Source of the DNA: Octopus sinensis
Taxonomy: Eukaryota
Assembly: GCF_006345805.1 (NCBI RefSeq)
Contig: NC_042998.1
Span: 13,454,001-13,518,000 of the forward strand
Direction: 5' to 3'
DNA: 64,000 nt
Under the pieces are notes generated by a model. That model was not told the DNA's origin, ran no database searches, and worked only from the letters and a program-made list of their open reading frames with translations. The first letter of the stretch is position 1. Each line of letters begins with the position of its first letter. The translations under genes were made by a program, and so were the position numbers. Of the stretch, positions 12,126 to 26,271 are shown one piece after another.

Positions 12126-13503
12126 ATTGCCTTTCATTTTGTCAAGGTAAATAAAATAAGAACCAGGTGAAGAAATCGAGAGTCCCCTTACCGAAAATTC
12201 CAGGCGTTGTACCAATATTAGAAAGGATATTAACAGAAACTATTGAAAGCGTCCTCTATAAATATTAAATAGGGAAGTATCAGTAAGGTAATTACAACAA
12301 TTTGAAATCTATGTAGCAATTAGTAAATTATTTTATTACGTTCTCAGACGTTTATTATGAGGTTTACCAGATGCCCTCGCGTGCACACACACATACACAC
12401 ACACAAATACATCTGGCGGAGATACCAAATCTTTGGTAATATAAATCAGCCTAGCTGGAGGATATGGTTTTAATGTACGTGTAATGATGCATGACTTAGA
12501 GTCTCTAACATTTACCACGCAAAAAGCAATTAGTATTTTATAATAATAGTGTCCAATACTTAATACTTTATCATCCATTTTGTTACATTTACTCACTCCT
12601 AGACAACATCTAAGATTATTAATCTATTTTATAACTGTTGTTCCATGACACATGATTATACGTCGAGGCTTTACTATATCTAGTTCCATATGAACATCAC
12701 ACAGCTGGTATGTTATTTCTAGGCAGATCAGCTTTCATTTTAACGAAATTATGTTTCTCACTCTAAAAGATTATATACAAATAATGTAATGTAAAACACA
12801 ACATCCAAATGATAAACAATATACTCGGTCATTGTATATTAAAGAAATTTACATATAAAAGAGTAAGTTATATGCGTACCTGTACATGGCTAGAGTATAT
12901 TGGATTTTATTCAGATAAACTGGCGTTCATTTTGGTGCCTGTATTTAAATTATTTAGAAGTCTCTAGAGAACAATAAGAAATTAGAATGTATGAAATCAT
13001 TTAATGGTGAATATAAATTTCCCACTTAACACCAATGAAATTGCCTTTAATTCAGCATTTATGTACTTGTTTAGACGAAATCTTATCACTGAATGGTAAT
13101 GATCATAAAAAGAAGGCTAATTACATATAAATCTGTGGCAATTAATAAAAAGCTAGACTAATCTATCACCGCATAAATTCAATGCAGTTACTGATTAGTT
13201 GAATTGTTCGACATGTACAACAGTCTAGCAATAATTGGCGTTTCTCTCAGGCAGCATATAAACTTAATAATCTTGAAGTATCTGTCGATTCTAATCCTCC
13301 AATTATAAATCACGCTTTCGTAATGAAAACAATATAAATCATACGTTAATTAGGATTTCTTTGGATTTAAAGAAAAATTAAACAATAATCTTTGAAGTTT
13401 ATCAGGTTTAATAACGTTAATATTCTAGACAAGATATCATCATCATAACAACGTGGCCCACCATCAGAAATAAGGTATACATACTCATACGCCCAATCCC
13501 CCC

Positions 13504-13825
<322 letters not shown>

Positions 13826-16638
13826 ATATTACCTGCGTATGCGCTTTATATAACAATCAGTCACATGATGTATTAGCACATGTAAAAATTGGCACATACG
13901 ACGCACTTAATATCTCCCATAGAGAAAGCAGTATTTCATTATTTGCACACACAACGCCCTTTAATGTCTCCCATAGAGGAAGAAGCATTTTATTATTAGT
14001 TTGAACTGAAAAAGTGATAAATCACTACGTGCTTGTGTTTTTCTCAAACATGCCAGAACGAAAATTATAAAAACAATTTACCTGAGAAGATAAGCTGAAG
14101 TAGCCGTACATCGTGAAATTTCAAATAAATCAAATTCGCCAAACACTGTGGTACGTATGAGGGAGCATACAGAAGTATGCTCTCTCATGCACTTTTATTC
14201 CAAGTAATCAGAAGCCAAATCAAACACATAAAAATACACGTATATATTCATTTTTCTATTCAGTAATTGGTAATAGATTTTTAGTACACATATACAGTGC
14301 ATGTGACCCTCAATCCATATAGGAGTAAACAATGAAATTGTAAATCCTTTTAAACCTATTTCCAAATATTAACAAACATTTACACAAACAATAATTAGGT
14401 TCGAATCTTCTATTCACCAGTAATTAGACGCGTACACGAATCTCACGCGTTTATGTCTGTTACACAGAAACGAGAAAGCAAATACTTAATACTGTTTTTG
14501 CACGTTGACACAAAATTGCATTTGTTTCTCTTTCCTTGCTGTAGAGAAAAACATTTCTTTGGTTTTTCAGCTAACCCAAAATTTAACGTATTCTTTAATT
14601 GACCACTTCTATTGCAGAACACGCGATGTCGGAAGATTCAAATCTGTGTCTTTGTGTTCGTCAAAGTAATGTTTTATTAGTGGCAGTACTTGAAAGGGTT
14701 GATATACAAGCACACTCTCAATTTAAATACAATCTCCAGTATGAAAGAACAGTAAAAGCTACACTGAATCACGAGGCTGATTGTCATCCTTCAGGATTTC
14801 CCACTACTCGGCATAATGCTACGACGGTTTAAGATAATCTTCCATTTGTTTTCTAATACATGTTTGCAAAATGTGATGAACAAAACACGAATATTTTTTC
14901 GCAGAAAATATATTGAATTGCAGCTGTTTCATCGTTTCTTTTAAATATGTTATAAGGTTTGTGTTCTTACAGGGAAAGTTCAAAAATGATTCCGCTCCGT
15001 AATATATAACGTTCTTCTTGATTGACAATGCCATATTTTTCTTTTATAAGACGCTAAATTTTGTTGTTAATAGCGCTTGTGATATATGCCATTATGTTTT
15101 ATATTAGATAAAGGCAAATGCTTTGTGTACAAAAGAATTGATTTATTTTAAGGTTTATTGTTTATATGTGCTATAGTTATTTGTTTCATAGCAAATGGTA
15201 AATGACATGAATCTAAAATAGATATATTGAGGTTTTGAGAAATGAAAGTATTAAAAATCGTGTCCTCAAATTGAAAGACCCCTCAAAAGATGAAGAACAA
15301 ATATAAAGGAAAATTAAATCCGCGTGCGCATGGCAACAGAGAGACCGATGTATTGATATTTGTGACATTGACTGGTCTAAAACGGGCGCAATAAACATTA
15401 AATATATGGAACAATAGGAGCTATGCACTGAAAATAAATGCCGTATAATAACTAAACTAGCCGATACTTCAAACAAAAGAACGGAAATAACATCAAATTG
15501 ACATTATAAAAACAATTTCTACTTTGCAAACTACAAAGGCAGAATAGAAGCCGATTGATCTGCAGTGTTTAAACAAATTGAAACAACTAGAAGCTACTTC
15601 ATTCACTCTTTCCAGTCTGTGGACAAAATAATGCAGTGCAATTTTACAGAATATTTTCAATGATTCAGCCATATTGTATGGGCTAATTTCGAGTAGAAAT
15701 GTAAGTTTCTGAACATTTTACTTGTACCAATACTAAAGAGATTTATATAACTTCAAGTATTCAACAATTATCGGTATGGTTTGACTATTGCATCACCAAC
15801 AATGTCATTATCTCATCTATGTGCCCTTAACACCTGGCATTCTGCGTTTTTACACACGAAAAATTCCTTCCATGGTTTTTCTAGTTATTTCAGTGTAACA
15901 TACGAATCGTTCCTTAATTTGTCTTGAATATCATTTCATTGTTTGAAAGTTAATTCCAAGTGAAAACTACAGTAAAATTTACAAATACCTAGATTTCCCT
16001 GTCAAGAAATTGTGCCACTCACACAACGCAAATGGCTCAAGAATGCAGATTTCAGTCATAACGAATTCGATATCAAATGAATAACTACTGCCTCACATAC
16101 TTGTCACTTTCAAGCCGTTCGACCAGGAAAGACAATATATGATACAATGATACATTGAGTGAAAAAATTTCCACAGCAATACAACAAGACTTCTACTGAT
16201 ATATTACTATAATTTTGTATCGGAGAGAACAATGTCTCATTTCAAAATCACTCCAATCGAAGCCTTTAATAATATTCCATGTTCATTTTAGTTACTTCTA
16301 TTCATGACTGGGAAAAATTGAATATCTGCGCAAGCAAACAGATACGAAAAATCATGCACACGCACGCACAAACACATACACACACACACACACATAGATA
16401 TTAAAGCTTCCTTTCTGTAACATAAGTATAAGCATTGAATATTAAATTGACGGAGCAAGCAGTGCTTTTTATTAAAATATATATTTATTAATATTCACAG
16501 CGGAAACGTTTACATTAACTTCGAAGTTAAGTTTTGCTTGCTATCATTAGACAGTGAAATGTCATCGAGCATGCCGAAAGATACTGCCAAACGTTTTCTT
16601 TCTATCTCTCTCGCTCCTTCTCTGTCTTGCTTTATCTG

Positions 16639-16674
<36 letters not shown>

Positions 16675-16676
<2 letters not shown>

Positions 16677-17105
16677 TAACCGCAATGTGGTGTAAGATCT
16701 GTGTTAGTCAGTCCCTGCCACAGCGAAAGCCAAGCTGATTTACATTTAGGAGTTTGTGGATTTCCAGGATGCCTGCTATCCTTGATCTTACCACTCTTTC
16801 AAACACTTTCATGGTGTTGGAGGTGAGTGAAATTGGGCGATGGTTGACAGAGAGGGATCTGTTTCCCTGTTTAAAAACCAGGATGACAGACTGGGATATG
16901 AGCTGAGTCAAAAAGAATTACTCAGGGACTGCAAGTTGGTGTCTCCACTCCATCAAAAGACTAGCGGGAATCTATCAGGACCTACAACAGAATAATATCT
17001 GATCTCATTTATTGACGCTATGATGTCCGAAGCAGTGAAGGTTATGTTCGAGATTTTATCTTGGGAATCAACTTCGCTGGCTTCCCTTACGTCAATATCA
17101 GTAGG
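16675..17105 (-). mobile_element. CR1/L2-group LINE ORF2 fragment (start of RT), decayed
   Basis: SVVGPDRFP...VILVFKQGNRSLSVNHRPISLTSNTMKVFERVV...NQLGFRCGRD*LTQIL matches GPD...P.FKxG....NYRPISLTS...K..E...QHGFR.GRSC.TQL. Confidence 0.9.
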
Positions 17106-17113
17106 ATCACTAT

Positions 17114-17127
17114 AATAATATATATAT

Positions 17128-17225
<98 letters not shown>

Positions 17226-17345
17226 TATATATATATATATATATAATATATACTTATATATATATATGTATATATGTATATATAATATATACTTATATAT
17301 ATATATATATGTATATTATATGTATATATAATATATAATATATAC

Positions 17346-17394
<49 letters not shown>

Positions 17395-17445
17395 ATATAT
17401 ATATACTTATAATATATATCATATATTATATGTATATATATATGT

Positions 17446-17495
<50 letters not shown>
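17114..17495. repeat. Long (TA)n microsatellite
   Basis: Direct reading. Confidence 0.95.
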
Positions 17496-17502
<7 letters not shown>

Positions 17503-17750
17503 TACCAACAAATGGTTCCGCGTTCAGTCACACTGCGTTGCACCTTGGGCAACTGTCTTCTACTATAGCCTCGGGACAACCAATGCTGGTGTGTTTACGT
17601 CCCCGTAATCTTAGCGGTTCTGCAAAAGAGACCGATACAATAAGTACTAGGCTTACAAATAATAAATCCTGGTGTGGATTTGCTTGACTAAAGGAGGCGC
17701 TCCAGCATGACCACAGTCAAATGATTAAAACAAGTAAAAGAGTAAAAGAA
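17503..17750 (+). mobile_element. SINE family B copy with internal deletion
   Basis: ATGGTTCCGCGTTCAGTC...CACCTTGGGCAACTGTCTTCTACTATAGCC and tail GCTCCAGCATGACCACAGTCAAATGA...GTAAAAGAGTAAAAGA. Confidence 0.85.
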
Positions 17751-17758
17751 TATTTGTA

Positions 17759-17807
<49 letters not shown>

Positions 17808-17823
17808 GTATATATACGTATGT

Positions 17824-17865
<42 letters not shown>

Positions 17866-19261
17866 CGTATGTATATATATATATACGTATATACAAACTT
17901 ATGGGTAGATAAACATAGTTCTTAATCCGATTTTCACACTTTATTTTATTTTTAGAATTTTACAATATTACATATTACAAATAATTTACTGTTCGTGACA
18001 ATCGCCAAGTAAATTAACATGTGTAATGAAATGATTGAATACTTTCGTAATGAATTTCCGAGAGGTTTTAGGAAGTTGGCCCATAGAATACTATTTTGAC
18101 CAATCACTGATACTTTTGAGCGTCACAGTTTGATAAGCACCATAACACCGTTAACAGTGACATTTTTTTTATATTATCGAAATGACTGTTACCGATCAAA
18201 CGAGCCGGTAAATTATACGAGTACCTCACAAATATACCATATATATTTTGCGTCTATATTGTGCATATATATATGCAAATTGTGACTCTGAAATATTTCT
18301 CTTATCTCAAATTTGTCTACATTTGGCATATAATATTTGTCGTAATTCCTTTCTAATGTGTTTGTACTAATCTTAGTCCTTCTGTTACTAAGGTTAGACC
18401 AATTGTTTTGCTGCTAAGACTTATTGGCATTGGAACATATGTCCAGAACTATACATTAATCTCCGGAGAGTTAGCATGTACTTTTCCTTAATGAATTGAT
18501 TATACATATAGACACGCACAGAAATATGCACACGCACAGAAACACACACACACACGCACGAACACGCACACACACACACACACTTATGTCGATGAAGGAA
18601 TGTATGCATGTATATATGTGTTTATCGATTTCTATTGATTCTATTGAATTCCGTATTTGTTTACGAAAGCTGTTACATGAATAAATCAATGATCAATGAT
18701 ACGAATTAATGATAGCACTAATGTTTCATACGATGATGATTAAATGTAATCTTGTGCGCAAATATTTTTTTGCTTGTCTATATTATTAATTTTATTTAAC
18801 AAAATTAAAGTATTGAAAATAATTTTTGTTGTAATACCATTGCATTCTATTAGGTTTCTCATCTCGAAAATGGACAGCATCGACATAGAAAGGAATATTC
18901 AAAATAAAGTATAAGAGAATGAAATATGTATGTAGAACTTTTACTTCGTTAGTGTTGATTAGTGTCATATTCAAATGGCTGGGCGTTGTCACACTTATTG
19001 GGTGTTGTCAATGCTACGTAATTGATACAGAGATTTCAAGTTTGCAATAAATTCGAAATGGAAGTTGTTTACAAATGATTATTTTTGTCATTTATTTCGC
19101 ATCTGATGACAACAGATCACATACATGCATATACAAATATTCAAGCATAGATATATGGGCCTAAAGTCATGCACAAAATCAGTTTAATTTGCTGTGAAAT
19201 TATGTAGGGTGTGTTTCCATTTTTCTGAACCTAAATAAAATTAGTACAATACTGGTGAATC

Positions 19262-19464
19262 TTTTTCTGCTCTAGGTACAAGGCCCGTAATTTTTGTTGT
19301 AGTGAACAGTCGATTAGATCGGCTCCATTACGCAACTCGTACTTAACTTATCGACCCCGAAAGGATAAAAGCAAGTCGACCTCGGCTGAATTTTAACTCA
19401 GAACGTAAAGACAGGACGAAATACTGCTAAGCATTTCGCCCGGCGTGCTAACGATTCTGCCAGC
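19262..19464 (-). mobile_element. SINE family A copy
   Basis: Reverse complement of the family A body (TCGACCCCGAAAGGA...GTCGACCTCGG...CATTTCGCCCGGCGTGCTAACGATTCTGCCAGC). Confidence 0.85.
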
Positions 19465-19778
19465 GTTGAATACACACGCACATGTTGAATAAACACGCAC
19501 ATGAACATTATAATAAAATAATAAAAATGATAAAAATAATGTAATAAAGTAAAATGTCAGCACACGTACACACACACACATACGGACACATAGATATTTA
19601 AAAATATACGTACATATAAGTGAATATGTCCACACATATTTACATACATACACATATACCTATACGAATTCGTAATTATGTATGTATATATATACACACA
19701 CTACGAAATAATATTTGTCTATTTTTACAGAAACAATAGGGCTTCAAAGGACTGGAAAAGAAGTTATTAAGTGTAAAT

Positions 19779-20634
19779 GAGACGAAGATAGGGAAACATT
19801 GGTTATAAAAAAACATTCAATTTGAGTCAGTGTGTTTATATATAACACCATACCGCAACATTTAATCACATATATGTCACCAAGGTTCTTAAACTCATAA
19901 AAAATACATATACATAAAAACACTGAAGGTAAAATTATATATTAGAATAAAAGAAAAGAAAATACAAATAGAACTGCCTATCAAAAAGGTAAATAAACGA
20001 CTAAAAATTCGTAAACTACCAAAGATCTAATAGACAAAGATAAAATATTTGTGCAAAGACTAAAAAATTATTATCAAATGATTAAAAAGTCATTTTAATC
20101 TCTTCATAAAAGTGCGTCCAAAGTTCATAAATAAACAGACTTCATTAATAAACAAACTTCCTCAGGTCAAATTCGCATACATCTTTAAAAAAAGTCTTTT
20201 TTACTGTCCTCACACAAGTACATACAAAGTTCATCAATAAACAGATTTCCACAGGTCAAATTCGCATATTTCAATAGCCATTTCTGGTGCTCAGCATCGC
20301 GGTTCAATAACACTAATGCGCATCACGGTGATGACCTCCTCATCAGGATGAACATGAAATAGGATACATGCACAGAGCAATATTTTATCATTTTTGGAAG
20401 TTTACACATTTTTAGTCGTTTATTTATCGTTTTGATAGGTAGTTCTATTTGTATTTGATTTCATTTTATTCGAATATATATTTTTGCCTTCTATATTTTT
20501 ATGTATATGTATTTGTTGAGTTTAAGAGCCATGGTGATATTTATACGTGGTAACATTTTTGAAGTATGGTGTTATATATAAAGACGTTGACTCAAATTTA
20601 CTGTTCGTTCTATAACCAATGTTTCTTTCGTCTC
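19779..20634 (-). mobile_element. Old fold-back element with ~245-bp inverted arms and a decayed long-stem-II HHR-like motif
   Basis: 19779-20026 is an inverted, diverged copy of 20390-20634. The minus strand has CTGATGA (20346-20340) and GAAA (20284-20281) bracketing an imperfect long hairpin. Internal direct repeat ...CAGGTCAAATTCGCATA occurs twice. Confidence 0.65.
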
Positions 20635-21010
20635 TCTCTACCCCCTCTCTGTTTCTCTCTCTCTATTTTTTCTCTCTGTTTCTCTCTCTATATATATGTT
20701 TATCTTTACAGCCATGAGATAGTGATATTATGGGTGCAAAGTTCCTATTTATACGTAATATTTAAATGATGTTTTTATCCTTTGGAAAAAAACATTATAA
20801 ACGTAATGAAGAGGCATAAAATAGTTGCGCATTAGGTTTAAAAATGATAAATGTTATTCCTTAATGACATGCATGCACAAAGAAGAAACACACAAACACA
20901 TATTTATGAATGCACATACGTACATAGCTATTAATATATACATGCATACATATTCATATATACACATATGTATATAAGCATTTATACATACATATATGTA
21001 TATATATATA

Positions 21011-21043
<33 letters not shown>

Positions 21044-21279
21044 CATACACATACACACGCAACTGCATGAACACACTCACAAAAACCTATGCATATACAT
21101 TTATCGTGTGTGTTTTGGGGGTATAGTCATCAAAAACAGCACAGCTGGCACCCTAACGTATGGAGGGTTCTATTATTTTGCAGACATATAACATTCAATT
21201 CTTTGATGGAATAAACAATAAGCAATGTTTCACAATCATGGCTGCAGTCTAATGATTGGAACAAGTAAAATATAAAACC

Positions 21280-21316
<37 letters not shown>

Positions 21317-21361
21317 ACACACGCACGCACACAGATATATGTATGTGTATGTGTGTGTAGG

Positions 21362-21512
21362 TAGCATGTTTCTGTACGGTTTCTGTCAACCAAATCCACT
21401 CGCAATGCTTTAGTCAGTCCTAGACTTCATTAGAAGAAACTTGCCAAAGGTGCCATGAAGTGGGACTGAACGTGAAAGGTTATGAAACCCGTTTCTACAT
21501 CGCTACGCCTGC
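21362..21512 (-). mobile_element. Degenerate SINE family B 5' part
   Basis: ACCAAATCCACTCGCAATGCTTT...ACTTGCCAAAGGTGCC...GTGGGACTGAAC. Confidence 0.65.
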
Positions 21513-21568
21513 TTGCATAAATAGAAGCTATTCTGTATCCATTTTGATTTTAATCAATTTATTTGGAA

Positions 21569-21965
21569 CTAGCAGTATCGCCCGGCGTTGCTCGGGTTTG
21601 TAAGGGAAATAACTATATAAGCATTTTTAGAGATGTAAAGTATAATAGCCATCTCAATATGGCTAACCACAAAGGGGGATGTTACTGTAGCTTTTTACGT
21701 TCTGAGATTTAATAATAAATTTTTAGAGAGTTACTTCCCTTATATATGCCAAATATGCTTTAAAAATGATAAAAATTGATTGTAAATTTTTCTTTTTTAA
21801 TCGTAGATTCATCGTAGACGCGCGCTAATACCCAGAAGGGCTCGATATGAATCACGACTATAAGATACCCGGTTTTGGCTAAACTGCACCGCGAAATGTG
21901 GGAGAAGTTAGGAATCTAAATCGTAGGAGACAGACAGCACACAACCTCACTTTTATATATAAAGA
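21569..21965 (-). mobile_element. Non-autonomous Helitron
   Basis: Minus strand starts TC(TTTATATATAAAAG) and ends CTAG; GC hairpin CCCG-AGCAACGC-CGGG (21581-21596) lies just inside the CTAG end; inserted between A and T with no TSD. Confidence 0.85.
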
Positions 21966-23094
21966 TATAACTGCGAAGCGAGGTTACAGAAATGACATTT
22001 GCTGAACCTACAACACTCAAGGATCGACCATGTGACTGCATGATTAAAATCCAAATTTGTTAACCTCTCCACCATTGTGACGTATGAGTATCCAGGCACA
22101 AACACAAGAGCGCGTACTCATATATACAGGAATACAGAAAATGGGTTAGTATGTAATCTTTTGAGCATTTGTCATTATATTTTTATATCTTTTTATATTT
22201 AGTTAAAGCATGTTGTTGAACAGAAGCAAAGTTCACAAGCAATCAATATGAAAAATAAATAATTCAAATACTTCTCATCATATGCAAAACAATTCTACTA
22301 TTGCAGGTTTACATATAATGAGTACATAATAAATACAAATGTATTTAACAACAGCTATATTTTCATAGTTTATATTTCGTATTTCACTCCGCTATACACA
22401 CGTATGTACATATGTATATACATACATACACACACAAGCACAAACACACAAACACACACACAGACACAAACACATATATATGTATGTATGTATATATACG
22501 TATGCATGTGTGTAATCAGGATTATTTAGCAATGCATAAATATGATTACATAAACAAAATCTAAACGCCTATACGCGTGTTCCGGTGTGAGAATTTCCAT
22601 GCGCGTGTGTCTGTGTAGAAAGTTGTAAGTACACGATTATATGGGCGTTGTGAAATCTACTTAATTGATAAGGTCGGATTTTATGATGTATTGAACTATA
22701 AATTGAGCCATATTCGAATAATGTACAACTTTATTTTATTTACAAAGCAAAGTTTATGAATTTCCTAAACGTATTCATTATAAAACTGTGATATATCATA
22801 AAAAGTTAAATCAATACAGCATGTAAGTCCTTAATTACGATAGATATTGCATTCTAATACGAATGTAGGACATTGAAGTTTACAATCATAGCTTTATTGA
22901 TGCCAGGAGAATTCTTGCACATTTTTATACACATGTATATATATATATGTATACACACGTCAATATGTTACAGATGAATACACACAAATATAGACATAAG
23001 TAAAGTACACACATATGCACAAGCACACACACATATTATTATACACATAAACGCACATATATCTATCTTTCAATCAATTTATCTATCTGTGATA

Positions 23095-23278
23095 CTTTAT
23101 GCTAAAGAGTTCAGGCTCGAAACGTAAAATACTTTCTCACCTTCCCAAGAGTCAATCTAATACACCTGCTTCTTGTTTATACGCTAGTCTTTCGCTTTTT
23201 TTTTTTCGAAAATTTCAATTATATTCATACATGCATAATAAATACATACATACATACATACATATATATATATAATAT

Positions 23279-23329
<51 letters not shown>

Positions 23330-23540
23330 CGGGAAGCTTTATGAAAATAGACAAAAGACGAAGGCAGGTGGAAAACAAACGAACAATTGTATTAGTATGG
23401 CGCTCAGGAAATATAAATAAAACAAGTCTTTAACGTTTCGAGCCTACGCTCTTCAACAGAAAGATACACAGAGAGAAAAAAAACACAGAAAGAAGGAGAG
23501 AAAAAAAATGCGTGCAGTAGCTAACGAATCAACATGGCGA
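23095..23540. mobile_element. Tail-to-tail pair of HHR-bearing short elements (GAGC/GCTC family) flanking a (TA)n tract
   Basis: Plus copy 23095-23225 (AAGAGTTCAGGCTCGAAACGTAAA...) and minus copy 23330-23540 (TTTAACGTTTCGAGCCTACGCTCTTCAACAGAAAGA); related copies at 23735-23910, 28597-28810 and 57960-58140. Confidence 0.7.
23427..23464 (-). ncRNA. Minimal hammerhead-like motif with variant core (CUGUUGA)
   Basis: UCUUU-CUGUUGA-A-GAGC(GUAG)GCUC-GAAA-CG-UU-AAAGA: perfect 5-bp stem I, 4-bp stem II, palindromic ACGU; A6 is replaced by U. Confidence 0.6.
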
Positions 23541-23598
23541 TCTGATTTCGGCCAGAGGTCAAAGATCAAACATGAGACGCGAGAGGGAAATAAGGGGA

Positions 23599-23636
23599 GA
23601 TAATAGGGTTGATAATAGGGTTGATAATAGGGTTGA
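23599..23636. repeat. 12-bp tandem repeat (GATAATAGGGTT)x3
   Basis: Direct reading. Confidence 0.9.
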
Positions 23637-23693
23637 AGGACCAGCTAATAGTGCGTAGGAGGGGTCTGGACGTGTGTATGTATAGGGTTGGTG

Positions 23694-23728
<35 letters not shown>

Positions 23729-23734
23729 AGGGGA

Positions 23735-23910
23735 GAGTTAACGAAAAAAACAAAAGATGAAGGCAGGTGGTGTACAAAACAAATAGATGTATCAATATAA
23801 CGCTCAGGAATAGGAAAAGCATTTCACATTTCGAGCCTACACTCTTCTACAAAAAGGAACATAGAAAAAGACAAGGAGAGAAACTAGGTGAGAAAAAACC
23901 TGTGTAGTGT
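23735..23910 (-). mobile_element. Third, more decayed copy of the GAGC/GCTC HHR-family element
   Basis: GAAGGCAGGTGG...CGCTCAGGAA...CATTTCGAGCCTACACTCTTCTACAAAAAGG parallels 23350-23465. Confidence 0.7.
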
Positions 23911-24323
23911 CTACCGATCTATATATATTTACATATATATCTATGTATGTGTATAGAAACATTATGTGTTCGTGTGTGTGTGTGTGTACATAAATGCGCA
24001 TTCTCACAAACACATGTTCCTGCATGCGTAGTAAGACGATAGTTTTATATTCCCTCATACTAAATGGGAGTTTTAAATCTTGCTTTATTTGAATACATTT
24101 CCTCAACAGCCAACTTCTTCGAACATTTCGTATGCACATTTGGTCCAAATATTCTTCATTATTTCGCTGACCATGTATTATCATCATTTAGAGGAAGGCT
24201 ACTTATGTTACTGTATAACTGTATACGCATAACGTATTAAACATACACATTCATACGCTCGCATGTTTTCTTATAACCAAAGACAGAAACATAGAGCTAT
24301 AAATATGTGTGTATATATATATA

Positions 24324-24600
24324 GAGTATTAAATAAGGGTAGAAATTGATATTAATCAATTAAAACCAGTGGCTTAGCATATTATAAAAAATCTGAAGAT
24401 TAAAAATTGTTTTACATACAAAATTTAGAGGAGTGACCACTAAAAGTGGACAGCTTTTATGATAAACATAGACGTCAATCGCCATTACCATGGGTTCTCA
24501 AGAAACATCTCAGCAAAAAAACAAAATGTAAAAATAAGCAAGTCAAATGAAAATATACGAAATATAAAACGAAGGCGTGAGTTTATGTAATAATCTATAT
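24324..24600 (-). mobile_element. Copy of the 43.2-kb fold-back family (single arm)
   Basis: GGGTAGAAATTGATATTAATC...CCAGTGGCTTAGCATA...ACAAAATTTAGAGGAGTGACCACTAAAAGTGGACAGC is the reverse complement of 43280-43435. Confidence 0.75.
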
Positions 24601-24667
24601 AGGGAAAACTCTAGAAGGGCCTTGTTCTGCATTGAGTGTTATATAACTGAGGACCAGTTATATAAAT

Positions 24668-25035
24668 TTGGGACTAGTTGCAGCAATAGCCTAAGGTTTA
24701 AAAGGCCGCAACACTTCAATGCCCTACCACAAAAGTTGAGAAACCTAGATAATATGGATGTACATGTTTTCAAAATGGGAACTAGACATCCTCTTCTCCA
24801 CAATGCCAGATGAACCGACTGCCCAGTATGAGATACTGCACACGGCAGCGAATTCAAACTCCCTCATTCCACAAACGAGCTAAAGGCTGCGATAAAAACA
24901 GATACAGGAGTGGTGATGTGAAATCCCCAGGTTAAGGAAATCAGCCGAAGGGTAATCATAAGTAATGTGCAAAACCACGATGGAGCTCCGCATGACAGCA
25001 GCCGTATGGCTGAAGAGAACGAAAGAACAAAAGAA
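24668..25035 (+). mobile_element. CR1-like LINE 3' end (ORF2 C-terminus plus 3' UTR)
   Basis: TSCSNSLRFKRPQHFNALPQKLRNLDNMDVHVFKM...PDEP matches CR1-type NS....GP.LFN.LP..LRN.....FK..LD......PD.P; tail GGAGCTCCGCATGACAGCAGCC..TGGCTGAA...(GAAAAGAA)n. Confidence 0.8.
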
Positions 25036-25042
25036 TTATATA

Positions 25043-25352
25043 TGTAAGTTTATGAATATATTCTATATCTTATGATGTACTGAGGTATGGTGCAGACGTA
25101 TGACAGCTATTTACATTGGAGTTACAGCACGCAGCATAGGAGAGCATATTGTTGGGCACTGGGGCGCGCTAAAAGAAGAAAAAAGGCTCGTCAGCGCCAC
25201 ACCAACATGATCAAGCAGAACATAGAGGCTCAATCAGTAGCATAGAGGTCAAAGGATTATCAAGGAATAGAATTAAGCCGACACTTAGTAAGATCTCAGA
25301 AGCTACACACATAGAAACAGACATACATAGCCTTAACAGAAAACACGAATGA
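25043..25352 (+). pseudogene. Penelope-like GIY-YIG endonuclease domain remnant
   Basis: Translation CKFMNIFYIL*CTEVWCRRMTAIYIGVTARSIGEHIVGH, then after a frameshift SSAPHQHDQAEH...SKISEATHIETDIHSLNRKHE*. This matches PLE C..NVIY.I.C..C...YIG.T.R....R..EH...S....H....H...RKI.EA..I......LNR. It is not represented in the ORF track. Confidence 0.8.
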
Positions 25353-25483
25353 ATCAATAACATCCACCACCACAGCACACAACTTAACGAATAAAGACTG
25401 AATGGAGCAAAAAACAAGAAAAAGTAGATACAAACAGCGTGATACACATACAATAGAAATATATGCACATACCTATGAAAAAA

Positions 25484-25889
25484 TGTCTATGTGGTAAGAA
25501 GCTTGCTCACGAACCACATGGTTCCGGGTTCAGTCCCACTACGTGGAACCTAGGGCAACTGCCTTCTACTATAGCCTCGGGCCGACCAAAGCCTTCTGAG
25601 TGGATTTGGTCGACGGAAACTGAAAAATGCCCGTTGTATATATGTATGTATATATATATATATATGTGCGTGTATATGTTTGTGTGCTTGTGTTTGTTCC
25701 GCCACCATCTTTTGACAATCGATGTTGGTGTGTATACGTCCACGTAACTTTACGGTTCAGCAAAAGAAACCGTTGGAATAAACACTAGGCTTACAAAGAT
25801 TAAGTCCTGGGTTCAATTTGTTGCACTAAAGGCGGTGCTCCAGCATGGCCACAGTCAAATGACTGAAGCAAATGACTGAGTAAAGAGTA
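25484..25889 (+). mobile_element. SINE family B, near full length, with internal (TA)(TG) tract
   Basis: GTGGTAAGAAGCTTGCT...GGTTCCGGGTTCAGTCCCAC...GGGCAAC...; tail AAGGCGGTGCTCCAGCATGGCCACAGTCAAATGACTGAA. Confidence 0.9.
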
Positions 25890-26235
25890 CATACAAAAAC
25901 TATATAAAGGGCACGGATACAAACAACGTAGGAAGCGAACTCATACACACACACAAACAAACATACAGTAATTTCACAGGCGGTGGCAACCATATCGGCA
26001 ACACGACTAACAACAAGGCAGCAACAAAAACAACAGCAATAACAAGGTGTAACACGATGGCAGAAGCGTGGACGGACACAAAAACATTGAGTTAGAAGGG
26101 CGGTACAAAATATAAGGTACAAGAGCAGTAGCAGCGGTAACTGTGTAGGGAACAGAGGTAAAGAGAGAGTCATAGTGATATTGAGAATAATGACACATAC
26201 ACGCACAAGCGCACGCACGCACACACATACACACG

Positions 26236-26271
<36 letters not shown>

